Source of the DNA: a virus
Lineage: Duplodnaviria; Heunggongvirae; Uroviricota; Caudoviricetes
Reading direction: 5' to 3' (one strand)
Virus record (IMG/VR): IMGVR_UViG_3300045049_000270
DNA length: 64,000 bases
The notes beneath the pieces were generated by a model. That model was not told the DNA's origin and ran no database searches. It was given only the letters and a program-made list of their open reading frames with translations. The first letter of the stretch is position 1, and every line of letters starts with the position of its first letter. Of this stretch, positions 9,747 to 19,834 are shown in pieces. Made by a program: the position numbers and the translations under genes.

Positions 9747-12700
9747 ATGAGTAATTTAAAACTTTTGATGGCATCACAGAAGAGCGGTTCAGGGGTTTCA
9801 ACACCAACTGACAGTAATTTCAAATATGTAGCCGCATTGCTACATGGTAATGGTTCAAATACTTCTGCTAATAATACATCAACAGCAGTAACGATTCCTC
9901 CATTCAGTAGAAATGGTAATTCAGCCGAAGGAACATTCACACCTTACGGATCAAATTGGAGCAATCTTTTCGACGGATCTACTGGTTATTTGTCATATGC
10001 TGCTGGTTCATCCGGGTCAGTCGGAAGTAATAACTTCACGGCTGAAGCTTGGATCAATCTAAATGCTTTACCGGCCAACACCGGTACCGCTGGTTCAGTA
10101 GCCATTATACAGAAAGGCTATGCCGGAGGTTCTAATCTAGAATTCAATTTCTACATTGAACAAACAAGTGGTGTTTTCCAATTTTTCGTTCAGATGACAA
10201 CTGATGGTTCAACAATTCAAACTTTCACATCTAGTAGTTTAGGAACCGTAACAGTTGGAACATGGTATCACTGTGCAATTACAAAGTCAGGTACCACATT
10301 GACTTTTTGGTTTAATGGAACTAGCGTGGGCACAGCAACAGTTCCAGCAACTTTATTCATTGGGACAGCACCATACACTATTGCGGCAAATACCGTAGGT
10401 GGCACCCCATTACTAAGTGGTAGTATTAGTAATGCTCGTGTTGTTTCTGGCACTGTTGTATATACAGCCAATTTTACCCCATCAACATCACCGTTAACCG
10501 CAATCTCTGGCACAAAATTATTAGTTGCTTGTGGTAATACTTTTGCAGATGCGAGTTCACTAAATTCAGCTGTTACAGTTAATGGAACAGTAAAAGTTCA
10601 AAGATATAATCCTTTTGGCGATAACAATACACCATATTCAACTTCAACATATGGCGGTTCATGCTGGTTTGATGGTTCAACTAGCTATTTCACAGTGCCA
10701 TCTAGTACGAATTACCAATTTACTGGTGATTTTACGATGGAAGCGTGGGTTTACCCAACAACTACAGGTTCTAATTGTTACTTGGGTTATTGGACATTTG
10801 GCACGTCTACATCATGTGCCTTTCTTTTCCAATCCACATCATCTGGTTTTCTAACTCTGAACTATGGTATTGGATCGTCAAATCTAACTTTTACTGGTAC
10901 ATCAGCCAAAGTAATACCAAATGCTTGGAATCATATTGCCGTAACAAGACAAGGAACCACTATGCGATTCTTTGTGAACGGCGTTCAAGATGCTACGACA
11001 GCGACAGCAAGTGGGGCATTCAATAATGCAACCCAACCACTATTCATTGGTGCAAACAATAACGTTTCTGGTTTCAGCGTGCAGGCATTCTATTCTGGTT
11101 ATATGACCGATGTCAGAATTGTTAACGGTACTGCTTTATACACTGCATCGTTTACTCCAAATACCACAGCATTGACTAGCGTTACGAATACAACGTTACT
11201 GTATAATGCACAGACTGCTGGTAAATCCGGAATTTACGATAGTGCGATGTATTCTGATATTTGTACAATTGGCACTGTCCAAATCAGTACTGCCCAATCA
11301 AAATTTGGTGGTTCATCGATTTACTTTAGTGGCACATTGACTAATAGCGTTTATCCAACACTATTAACGCCTGGTTCTGGATATCAATTAGGAAATAATA
11401 ATTTCACAATCGAAGCTTGGATTTATCCAACATCAGCCAGCCAAACTGCTCAAATTGCTGGTTCCGCAAAAAATGGGACTAACAGCGATTGGTTCTTCTA
11501 CCTCAATGCTGGCAAATTGGCATTTCATTGGAATAACTCATCAGATTTGACGTCAACAAGTTCACCAGCAGCTAATGCATGGTCGCACGTTGCGGTAGTG
11601 CGTTCTGGTGGTAATTTGTACTTATATCTGAACGGCTCCCAAGTTGGCACTACTACAGTTAGCGGTTCTATTGGCTCAAATACTGGCGATAATTTTACTA
11701 TCGGTTCTGATACAACTACTGCGTCTATGCCATATGCTGGTTATATGGATGAAATACGCATTACTATGGGTTATGCTCGCTATACCGGCTCAACCTATAC
11801 TACACCAACAGCCGCATTTCCTAGCAGTATTTCGGGTGATTCTCAATTCAATTATGTGACTCTGCTTTTGCATGGTGATGGATCAAATGCTGCGACTAAT
11901 AAAACTTCAGTAGCGACTATTCCTTCTTCAAATGTATCTTTGACTAGATCTGGCACATTGACTGAAGGAACATTTACCCCATATGGATCAAATTGGTCTA
12001 CCTTTTTGTCATCGACATCAACTTCGTCATATTTGACATACGGTGCTTCAACATCGGCCGGCCCAGGTAACCAAACATTCACTATTGAATGTTGGGCTAT
12101 GTTTGATGTATTACCAACAACAACTGGCTCTGCTGGTGAATTCGTACTTTGGCAAAAAGGTAGAACAGGAACATCAAACTTCGAATTGGCATTAGGTGTT
12201 CAATATACAGGTAGTGCATATCAAATACTAGTCCAAGTCTCTAAAGGCGATGGTATAACAATTGCAAGCGCAAATTCATCAAATATTAGTCTAACCGTTG
12301 GTACTTGGAATCACTTTGCAATTACTCAAGTTGGTGGCTCAGGAACAATAAACTTTTGGTTTAATGGCCAAAGTGGTGGTTCAATGAGCACAACTGTTAC
12401 GAATATGTTTGTGGGCACCGGTGCTGCGGCAATTGGTAATAATAACACTGGCACAAATCCAACATGGCAAGGTTACATTAGTAATATGCGTGTTGTATTT
12501 GGTTCGCAAGTATATACATCAACATTTACACCACCAACATCACCACTTACGGCAATTACCGGTACCAACTTCCTTGGTTGCCAATCAAGTATATATGTTG
12601 ATAATTCATCGAACAATTGGGCAATTACGGCTAGTGGTCCAATGCAAATTGTTCGTTTCAATCCATTCGGTGATAATGCAACACCATATTCAACAACGAC

Positions 12701-13868
12701 ATATGGTGGATCTTGCTATTTTGCTGGATCAGGTAGTAATTTATCATACGCGTCTTCTAGTAATGCTGGTTTTGGTACGGGCGCATTTACGATCGAAGCA
12801 TGGATTTACCTATTGTCATATTGTTCAAATGGCGGGGCGATTGTCGACTTGCGCCCAAGCGTTAGTGCAACTGCTACAGAAATATCAATTGATAGTACAG
12901 GTAAACTGTTTTACTACGACGGACCAAATAACACGACCTATAGTGACACGACTGCTATGCCACTTAATGCATGGTTCCATGTGGCACTGACGCGTGATGC
13001 TTCTGGTGTTTGGCGTTTGTTTAAGAACGGAACACAAGTTCAAACAAGTACCGCATCTGACAATTTGGGTTCTAGCCAGCCAATTATGATTGGTCAATCT
13101 ATTAATGGTACCACCTCATATTTCAATGGCTATATTTCAGATCTGAGAATCTGCAATGGATCAGCTCTGTATACCGCCAACTTTACACCAAATACAACAC
13201 CATTGGCTGCAACTACCGCAACAAATTTCATTTATAAAGCTCAAGGTGCAAACATTTACGATAATGCAATGCAACAGAATGTCCAAACATCTGGAAGTGC
13301 TGCCATAAGCACCGCCCAACAGAAATTTGGTACTGGTTCTATTAACATTGCTGGTGGCACTAGTAACTTCCTTTCAATACCAAACTCAGAAGTTCCTATT
13401 TGGGGGACATCAAGTTGGACAATAGAAGGATGGTTTTATATTACTTCATATTCAACAAGTGCAAGTGATGGATTGTTTGGTTTCAGAAATGGTGTCAATT
13501 ATGGTGCAATGTCACTCGTATTGAACAATGGTACATTACAAGCATTGGCTTCAACAAGCAGCTCATCATGGACATTTAATCAAAGTGCAAGTGGTACTTT
13601 TACAACAAATGCTTGGGTACATTTGGCAATGGTTCGAAATGGTACAACTTTGACGGTATATCAGAATGGCACCTCAGTAATTTCCGGAACAATTTCTGGT
13701 TCACTGTATCAACCAACAGTTCCATTCACAATTGGTTCATCCAATAACACAAATGGATCTGGTAATAATTGTATGACGGGTTATATACAAGATTTCCGTA
13801 TTACATACGGTCTCGCCAGATATACCACCAACTTTACCGTTCCAACAACAGCATTCCCTAATCAGTAA
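9747..13868 (+). CDS. multi-LamG (concanavalin A-like lectin) virion protein, internally duplicated
   Basis: Six FTxExW(I/V)Y...WxH(I/V)AxxR...FxNG...GY(I/M)xxxR(I/V) units; two halves each begin DSxFxYVxxLLHGxGSN. Confidence 0.85.
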   Translation: MSNLKLLMASQKSGSGVSTPTDSNFKYVAALLHGNGSNTSANNTSTAVTIPPFSRNGNSAEGTFTPYGSNWSNLFDGSTGYLSYAAGSSGSVGSNNFTAEAWINLNALPANTGTAGSVAIIQKGYAGGSNLEFNFYIEQTSGVFQFFVQMTTDGSTIQTFTSSSLGTVTVGTWYHCAITKSGTTLTFWFNGTSVGTATVPATLFIGTAPYTIAANTVGGTPLLSGSISNARVVSGTVVYTANFTPSTSPLTAISGTKLLVACGNTFADASSLNSAVTVNGTVKVQRYNPFGDNNTPYSTSTYGGSCWFDGSTSYFTVPSSTNYQFTGDFTMEAWVYPTTTGSNCYLGYWTFGTSTSCAFLFQSTSSGFLTLNYGIGSSNLTFTGTSAKVIPNAWNHIAVTRQGTTMRFFVNGVQDATTATASGAFNNATQPLFIGANNNVSGFSVQAFYSGYMTDVRIVNGTALYTASFTPNTTALTSVTNTTLLYNAQTAGKSGIYDSAMYSDICTIGTVQISTAQSKFGGSSIYFSGTLTNSVYPTLLTPGSGYQLGNNNFTIEAWIYPTSASQTAQIAGSAKNGTNSDWFFYLNAGKLAFHWNNSSDLTSTSSPAANAWSHVAVVRSGGNLYLYLNGSQVGTTTVSGSIGSNTGDNFTIGSDTTTASMPYAGYMDEIRITMGYARYTGSTYTTPTAAFPSSISGDSQFNYVTLLLHGDGSNAATNKTSVATIPSSNVSLTRSGTLTEGTFTPYGSNWSTFLSSTSTSSYLTYGASTSAGPGNQTFTIECWAMFDVLPTTTGSAGEFVLWQKGRTGTSNFELALGVQYTGSAYQILVQVSKGDGITIASANSSNISLTVGTWNHFAITQVGGSGTINFWFNGQSGGSMSTTVTNMFVGTGAAAIGNNNTGTNPTWQGYISNMRVVFGSQVYTSTFTPPTSPLTAITGTNFLGCQSSIYVDNSSNNWAITASGPMQIVRFNPFGDNATPYSTTTYGGSCYFAGSGSNLSYASSSNAGFGTGAFTIEAWIYLLSYCSNGGAIVDLRPSVSATATEISIDSTGKLFYYDGPNNTTYSDTTAMPLNAWFHVALTRDASGVWRLFKNGTQVQTSTASDNLGSSQPIMIGQSINGTTSYFNGYISDLRICNGSALYTANFTPNTTPLAATTATNFIYKAQGANIYDNAMQQNVQTSGSAAISTAQQKFGTGSINIAGGTSNFLSIPNSEVPIWGTSSWTIEGWFYITSYSTSASDGLFGFRNGVNYGAMSLVLNNGTLQALASTSSSSWTFNQSASGTFTTNAWVHLAMVRNGTTLTVYQNGTSVISGTISGSLYQPTVPFTIGSSNNTNGSGNNCMTGYIQDFRITYGLARYTTNFTVPTTAFPNQ

Positions 13869-13873
13869 TAAGC

Positions 13874-13909
13874 TAAGAAAAGAGCTCTCAGTTGAGAGCT
13901 CTTTTCTTA
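13874..13909. terminator. intrinsic terminator
   Basis: TAAGAAAAGAGCTCTCA-GT-TGAGAGCTCTTTTCTTA. Confidence 0.8.
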
Positions 13910-14052
13910 AATAATATGGGATTTACATAGAAAGTTAATCCTGTAATTCTACAGCGTCAGACAATTCAATTCCTACATAATTGGGAGATTTGATGCTGAA
14001 AACATTTTTGTTATTAATCATCAAATCTTTCTAATCCTAGTAGGGGAAAAAA

Positions 14053-14754
14053 ATGGCTACATCTTTCACTGGGCGGGTCGTCAAAAATTCATATCAAGAA
14101 GTCGTCAAAATTGATAATACAGGTGCTGGTTTCGATACCACCCTTCGTAGTATCGCTGATGGCTCTGGCACTGCGAGCCAATTGAAACTTTCAACTACCA
14201 AAATTTCACTAAATGGTCAACTCTGGCCATCATCATTGGGGTCAAATGGTCAATTTCTAACGACAGATGCAAGCGGCAATTTGTCATGGGCTACGATATC
14301 AACAGGTGGTTCAACACTTTCAAGTCTAACTGATGTTACCGTTACCGAAGGGTCAAGCATTGACAAATACATGTTACGTTTTGATAATACAAGTGGCAAA
14401 TGGATTGCAGATAAAAGAATAGTTCAAATCTGTTTATTTGCCCAAGGAACTATGACAAATTCGGAGGTACTCTTGGTTTATACACCAGCAGCCACATTGA
14501 CCCTACCAGCAGGTTTAACAAATAGCGTAGCAGCATTAAAAACCGCAACTACAAATGCATTGACACTAACCATACTTAAAAATGGTTCGAGTATTGGTAC
14601 AATTAATTTTACAGCTGGTTCAACCTCAGGAACTTTCACATTCACAAATGCCGTAACATTGACTGCCGCAACTGATACACTAGAGATTGATGGGCCAGCA
14701 ACCGCCGATACTACAGCAGCCAATCTCCACGTTTCTTTCTACGCAACTTATTGA
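14053..14754 (+). CDS. short fibre/appendage protein
   Basis: First about 80 aa nearly identical to the 7664 protein; LSSLTDV module; different C-terminal domain. Confidence 0.8.
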   Translation: MATSFTGRVVKNSYQEVVKIDNTGAGFDTTLRSIADGSGTASQLKLSTTKISLNGQLWPSSLGSNGQFLTTDASGNLSWATISTGGSTLSSLTDVTVTEGSSIDKYMLRFDNTSGKWIADKRIVQICLFAQGTMTNSEVLLVYTPAATLTLPAGLTNSVAALKTATTNALTLTILKNGSSIGTINFTAGSTSGTFTFTNAVTLTAATDTLEIDGPATADTTAANLHVSFYATY

Positions 14755-14762
14755 TTATCACA

Positions 14763-14800
14763 TTTTTGTAGATTAGGCTATTGATGGCCTAATCTACAAA
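14763..14800. terminator. hairpin, probable terminator
   Basis: TTTTGTAGATTAGGC...GCCTAATCTACAAAA inverted repeat after the stop codon. Confidence 0.6.
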
Positions 14801-14877
14801 ATAAGCAATAACCCTTAATTCTGTTCAGTAATTATTGCATATTTGATTATAAATATGCTGATTACAAGGAGCAGATC

Positions 14878-16650
14878 ATGCCATCATTAACTGGACGTTC
14901 GACCAGTTCGGCATATCCTGAACTATTGAAAATTGATAATACTCAAGCAGGTCTCGATGGCAACTTACGAAGTATTGAGGATGGTTTAGGAAATCCGACA
15001 GGGATTCAAATTGGCACAAATATGGTGGCTATATTCGGCTATCAATTCCCAGCATCAGGTCTACAATCTGGTCAAGTGCTAAGAGTTAATTCAAACAATA
15101 ATGGTTTTGAAGGCCATTTATTAACATCAAATGACGTTTCTGGTCTTTCACTTATTGCAACTAGCGGCTCATATAACGATTTATTAAACAAACCTACTTT
15201 AGTTACCAAGACTTCACAGCTAATAAACGATCTTGGTTTCATCACTGCCACAACTGCACCAATAACATCAGTAGTTGGCAGAACTGGCGCCATTACCCTA
15301 GCAGTATCAGATGTGAGCGGAGCAGCTCCGCTCACAAACCCGAGCTTTACCGGTGTTCCTACGACACCAACCGCGGCTTTAGGAACAAACACTACCCAAA
15401 TTGCTTCAACTGCATTCGTTCAATCAGCATTACCAACAAAAGTTAGTCAACTCACAAATGATTCTGGTTTCTTGACGTCCGCGCCAGTAACGTCAGTTGC
15501 CGGCAAAACTGGGGCAATTATCCTCAGCACAACCGACATTTCAGGCATCAATGCTTATGCTCCATTAAATTCACCAGCATTCACAGGAACACCTACCGCT
15601 CCAACCCCAGCTTCCGGTGATAATGATACTGCAATCGCAACCACCGCATTTGTTAATTCCGTTCCATATCGGAAAAATAGAATAATTAATGGCAGATTTC
15701 AAATTTGGCAACGTGGTACATCATGGATTACTCCGCCTTCCGGAACATATACCGCAGATCGATGGAGAGTTGATTATACTGGCACATCAGCCGGCACATT
15801 TACGATTGGACAAGCTCTATCTAGAACTCACCCAGCAGGATTAATTGAATCAATTGGGCCATCCGGAGTTTTTTCATGGAATCAAACAACAACACCTAAC
15901 TTGACTTCTTTGATGCTGAGTACACGAATCGAAGGAGCACAAACACTTTCTGGTAATACCTGCACCCTGTCGTTTAATATCGCCCTAGGCGCAGGTTCAC
16001 AAAATCCTTTCACAATCGGCGTAAATCTAGCACAATGCTATGGCACTGGTGGATCTCCCTCACCAACAGTAACACAAACCACACATTCATTTACTGTTAA
16101 TAGTTCTACCTTCACAAGATTTTCTGCCACATTTACGCTGCCAGAAACAACAGGAACTTATGGAACAAATAATAATGATTATTTGGCAGTCCAATTCATT
16201 CTACCAACTAATCAATTATTCTCATTCTATCTGACAGAAGTACAATTAGAATACGGACCAGTCACCACTCCATATATGATTATGCCAGATGAAGCAGAGA
16301 TATATTATTGTCAACGATATTTCCAGAAAACATTTCCAACTAATATCACACCAGCATTTAATACAAACATCTTCGTAAGCCCATTAACTATTACCGATAC
16401 AAATGGTGGCGGTAATATAGAATGGATGAATTGGGATTTCAAAATCCCAATGCGATCAGCCCCAACAATTACCCTCTATTGCGTAGGAAATAGCTCCACT
16501 CCGTATTGGTCTACTATGACTGGAACTATTCTGGCTAAACCACTACAAACACCACTAGCAACAAATACAGGTATGTCAATAGCAACCGCTAACGGCTCTG
16601 CTAGTAATACCACTTACGTTATACACGCCACTTGCGATGCCGATCTATAA
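14878..16650 (+). CDS. tail fibre protein with receptor-binding-type C-terminus
   Basis: Shared N-module and fibre repeats, then KNRIINGRFQIWQRGTS...YTADRW...VQLEYG...CQRYF, a common phage fibre domain; TATAAATA at 14848. Confidence 0.85.
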   Translation: MPSLTGRSTSSAYPELLKIDNTQAGLDGNLRSIEDGLGNPTGIQIGTNMVAIFGYQFPASGLQSGQVLRVNSNNNGFEGHLLTSNDVSGLSLIATSGSYNDLLNKPTLVTKTSQLINDLGFITATTAPITSVVGRTGAITLAVSDVSGAAPLTNPSFTGVPTTPTAALGTNTTQIASTAFVQSALPTKVSQLTNDSGFLTSAPVTSVAGKTGAIILSTTDISGINAYAPLNSPAFTGTPTAPTPASGDNDTAIATTAFVNSVPYRKNRIINGRFQIWQRGTSWITPPSGTYTADRWRVDYTGTSAGTFTIGQALSRTHPAGLIESIGPSGVFSWNQTTTPNLTSLMLSTRIEGAQTLSGNTCTLSFNIALGAGSQNPFTIGVNLAQCYGTGGSPSPTVTQTTHSFTVNSSTFTRFSATFTLPETTGTYGTNNNDYLAVQFILPTNQLFSFYLTEVQLEYGPVTTPYMIMPDEAEIYYCQRYFQKTFPTNITPAFNTNIFVSPLTITDTNGGGNIEWMNWDFKIPMRSAPTITLYCVGNSSTPYWSTMTGTILAKPLQTPLATNTGMSIATANGSASNTTYVIHATCDADL

Positions 16651-16660
16651 GGTAAAAGAA

Positions 16661-17380
16661 ATGTATAGACTAACAAATGATCCAACTGTAATAGTCAACG
16701 AAGATACAGGACAGATAATCCCATTAGGCACTAGAGATTGGGATACATACCAAACATGGTTGGCAACCGGTAATACACCAGATCCAATACTGGATCTAGA
16801 AACAGCAATCACCATTCAAACTAATTATCTGTCAGTTTCTTGCGCTACCGAAATATATCTGGGCTTTAATTCCAATGCCCTAGGCGTATGGCGACATTAC
16901 CCAGCTAAAGATACAGATCAACAAAACTTGGCCGCATCAGTATTATCAGCAGTAGTAGCACAAATCTCACCAACATGGCAACCTAATACTAATTACATCT
17001 TTAATCAAGCCGTAACATATAACAATCAAACTTATGTCTGCACCCAAGCAGGAACATCAGGAACATCCATACCAGTCTGGCCAACACAATTAGGTAATAC
17101 TATCACAGATAATACCACACAATGGCAAATATGGTATACCACATTCTGGTGTACCGACGCTAATAATAATTGGGCTTATACCCCACACACAGCAGAACAA
17201 ATAAAACAAGCAGGCGTAGACGGTAAACTCCAAATCCTGGCTTGCTTACAACAAAATGCTACTCTAGCCGCCGAAGTTTCACAACAAACAACAGTTGAAG
17301 CCGTTCAAACAATTAATTGGATTTCTCCCGTTAGAGTAAATCAACCAGATGACACCGGATATAATCTACCAACCTCATAA
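16661..17380 (+). CDS. tail fibre assembly protein (DUF4376-like) with inserted carbohydrate-binding-like module
   Basis: IPLGTRDWDTYQTWLATGNTPDP; YPAKDTDQQNL...FWCTD...W...HTAEQI; insert WQPNTNY...YNNQTYVCTQAGTSG...PVWP; ORF track start is 16637. Confidence 0.7.
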   Translation: MYRLTNDPTVIVNEDTGQIIPLGTRDWDTYQTWLATGNTPDPILDLETAITIQTNYLSVSCATEIYLGFNSNALGVWRHYPAKDTDQQNLAASVLSAVVAQISPTWQPNTNYIFNQAVTYNNQTYVCTQAGTSGTSIPVWPTQLGNTITDNTTQWQIWYTTFWCTDANNNWAYTPHTAEQIKQAGVDGKLQILACLQQNATLAAEVSQQTTVEAVQTINWISPVRVNQPDDTGYNLPTS

Positions 17381-18573
17381 TTAAATTCACCATTAGAAAA
17401 ATTTAATTACCGCAAAGAAAATTCACCATAGAAGAATTTTATAAGGTCAATTAATATATCGCTGGTCTGGTATTTTTTAATGACTCTGGTGGAATAATGT
17501 CAAAAATGCTCCTATAGGCGATTATTCAATAGTCTACTTTCTAGAATTCACGATTTCGCGGCCGTCAGATTTTTGGCATTTTCCAGGAAGTCTTTCGGGC
17601 CAAAAAAAACTTAAATCCCGAAAAATGGCGTAAAGCTGGCGAAATTTTTATATCCAGATCACCAATTTCAGTGGCAATATCATTCTCGTCACACTCGCAT
17701 TCTAGATCTCATTCTGGAAAAATAATCCTCACGCGTAAGAGCCAATCCCCTTCCCCATTCTTTACTCATTCCAGAGATCATTTCCCGGGCCAATAATCGC
17801 TAAAAGGCTCACTACGCTTCTCCCAAACCCACACTCAGACTCTACAACGCTTCCCCACCAAGGCTCGTCTACAGGTTTCACTATCATTCTAGAAAAAGTT
17901 CACCCGAAATTCTTAGAAAATGCAATTCGAAAATACCAACACTCACGCGCACGAATTGAAAAGCCAGTCTGAAAGAAATTCCCATGCTCACTATAACTCA
18001 GATAATTAATTCAACTCTGAGAAAAAAACTCCATCAGATAACTGTAATCTCGATAACCACAACTCAGAGCTGAAAATCACCATTATCAAGAATACTGGCC
18101 CCACCATTCCTCAGATACAAACTCAGAACTTAATCACGATAACCATTACTTTTATACGTCACTAAATTCACCAAAATTAAATACAGACATTTTCTACTAT
18201 AACAACTCAGACTAAGAAAGCTTTAATAACGACAGTAATGAAAATCCTCTGAGACGAAAGAGGATGAATAACTGTGAATTAGAAAACTCAGAATAAAGAA
18301 ACAACTAGAGGAGGAAGAGGAACAACTCAGATGAAGACTCTGAGAAATACTCAGAGGATGATTTAGAAATGAATGTGGCACATCGTGAAATGCACATTTA
18401 GAAGCGTGAAATGAATATTCGTGATGATATTTAGTAAACGCTATTCAATGCCATGTTAACGATACCACGATGACGCGTTTTTTCGTGATATAAGGTTGAA
18501 CGAACGGTTAGAGGAACCGTAACCAAACATGAATGAAATAATGAAACACCTCTTTATCAAAAGATGAAAACTA

Positions 18574-19280
18574 TCTTCCTCTGAGGATGGTAATAAGATG
18601 GCAAAAGAATTAATGCCGTGTGTACATCATATTAACAAAAATCATGAAAAATCACTGTTCTTTTCACGTTTTAAACCAAATGAATAACATCTTATATTTA
18701 CTCTTTCGTCAATTCTTGAACGTGGTTAATGGTCAAAGTGTTTGTCAATATATTTTAACCATATTTTGCAACTGTATCAGATTTCTTCCTCTGAGGAAAC
18801 CATCCTTCCTCCTCAGAGGAGGAAGGATGGTTGTTGATATAAGAATTTCGAGGTTTTCGGTTCAAAATAGATGTTTCTGCAAGAATCTCGGGTGGTTGGG
18901 ATGGTTTTTGGGTTTTATAGTCTGATGGGGAGATATAACCAGGTTTCTTCCTCTGAGGGAGATTGTTCTGAGGGTGGGAGGATGGTAATAGAAGTTGTTC
19001 TGAGTGGTGTCGTCTTCCTCTGATGGAAAATGAAATTTATGGTGAAGTGTGATTTGTAAGTGATTTTATGAGATTGTTAATGAAATTATGGTATTCTTAT
19101 GATGAGTAAATATTACTCCGAGGATGGTGTTGAGTTTCTTCCTCAGAGGATGGTTATTAATCAATATTTTAATTTGGTAATATGATAATGATTATAGTTT
19201 TTGACATATGGTGTTGGGTATTAGATACACCGGAATGGTAATCTGATATTCTTATTTCTAGTTCGTGGATCTCTGAGGAT
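18574..19280. repeat. dispersed iteron-like repeats, consensus about TTCTTCCTCWGAGGATGGT
   Basis: Copies at about 18574, 18782, 18944, 19013, 19115, 19135 and 19270. Confidence 0.8.
18798..18832. repeat. perfect 35-bp palindrome
   Basis: AACCATCCTTCCTCCTC-A-GAGGAGGAAGGATGGTT (17-bp arms, 1-nt centre). Confidence 0.95.
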
Positions 19281-19390
19281 AGTGAACCAATATCATTCGT
19301 TTATACCATCTTAATAAAATAATTATATGAGTATTTCATTCCTGAGATATCGCCATAAATATTTTGTAGTGGTTTTCAGGAGATGAAATC

Positions 19391-19834
19391 ATGATCGAAA
19401 TTCGTTTTGTCGATGGCGATGGCCCTATTTCTAAATTCATAGAATTCTGGACCTGGGGCGATTGGTCACATGTCGACATCAAAACATCAGATGGCTGGCT
19501 TGGAGCACGAGCAAATGGTGGCGTAAAAATCCGCCCCTGGGACTACTGCTCATACGAAAAACAAGAAATCAGATCAATTACCCTCTCCCCCAACATAGAA
19601 CACAATATCATGAACTGGTATTACCAACAAATAGGTAAACCATATGATTTTATGGCAATCGCAGGAATGCCATTTAGAACAGACTGGCGAAACGATAGCT
19701 CATGGTTCTGCTCAGAACTCGCAATAGCAGGCTTCAATCAGTTCGGCATCGAACTCCTAAACGTAAATTACCTTAATCGCGTAACACCTCGTGATCTATA
19801 TCTGAGCCCATTACTTAAATTCCAACACACATAA
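19391..19834 (+). CDS. permuted papain-like NlpC/P60 (YaeF/YiiX, C92-like) protein
   Basis: WSHVDI (His) precedes QIGKPYD and WFCSEL (Cys); ATAAATA at 19355. Confidence 0.8.
   Translation: MIEIRFVDGDGPISKFIEFWTWGDWSHVDIKTSDGWLGARANGGVKIRPWDYCSYEKQEIRSITLSPNIEHNIMNWYYQQIGKPYDFMAIAGMPFRTDWRNDSSWFCSELAIAGFNQFGIELLNVNYLNRVTPRDLYLSPLLKFQHT

Larger units (their letters stand above)
17381..19390. other. about 2-kb non-coding island, candidate replication origin
   Basis: No convincing ORF; top strand switches from C-rich to G-rich; iterated CTCAGA/TCTGAG motifs. Confidence 0.55.

Noticed and set aside
12409-12990. 193-aa alternative-frame ORF within the LamG gene
   Set aside because: His/Gln/Leu-rich frame-shift shadow of ACA/TCA codons; no independent translation signals
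18244-18840. Hammerhead ribozyme (CTGAGGA matches CUGANGA, followed by a stem)
   Set aside because: The required GAAA does not follow the stem (GTTG at 18833), and at 18249 CTGAGACGAAA has no stem II
18620-18925. 101-aa ORF inside the non-coding island
   Set aside because: GTG start without SD, implausible composition, runs through the palindrome; probably chance
18574-19280. CRISPR array interpretation of the CCTCWGAGG repeats
   Set aside because: Repeats are short, degenerate, irregularly spaced and in both orientations; no cas genes
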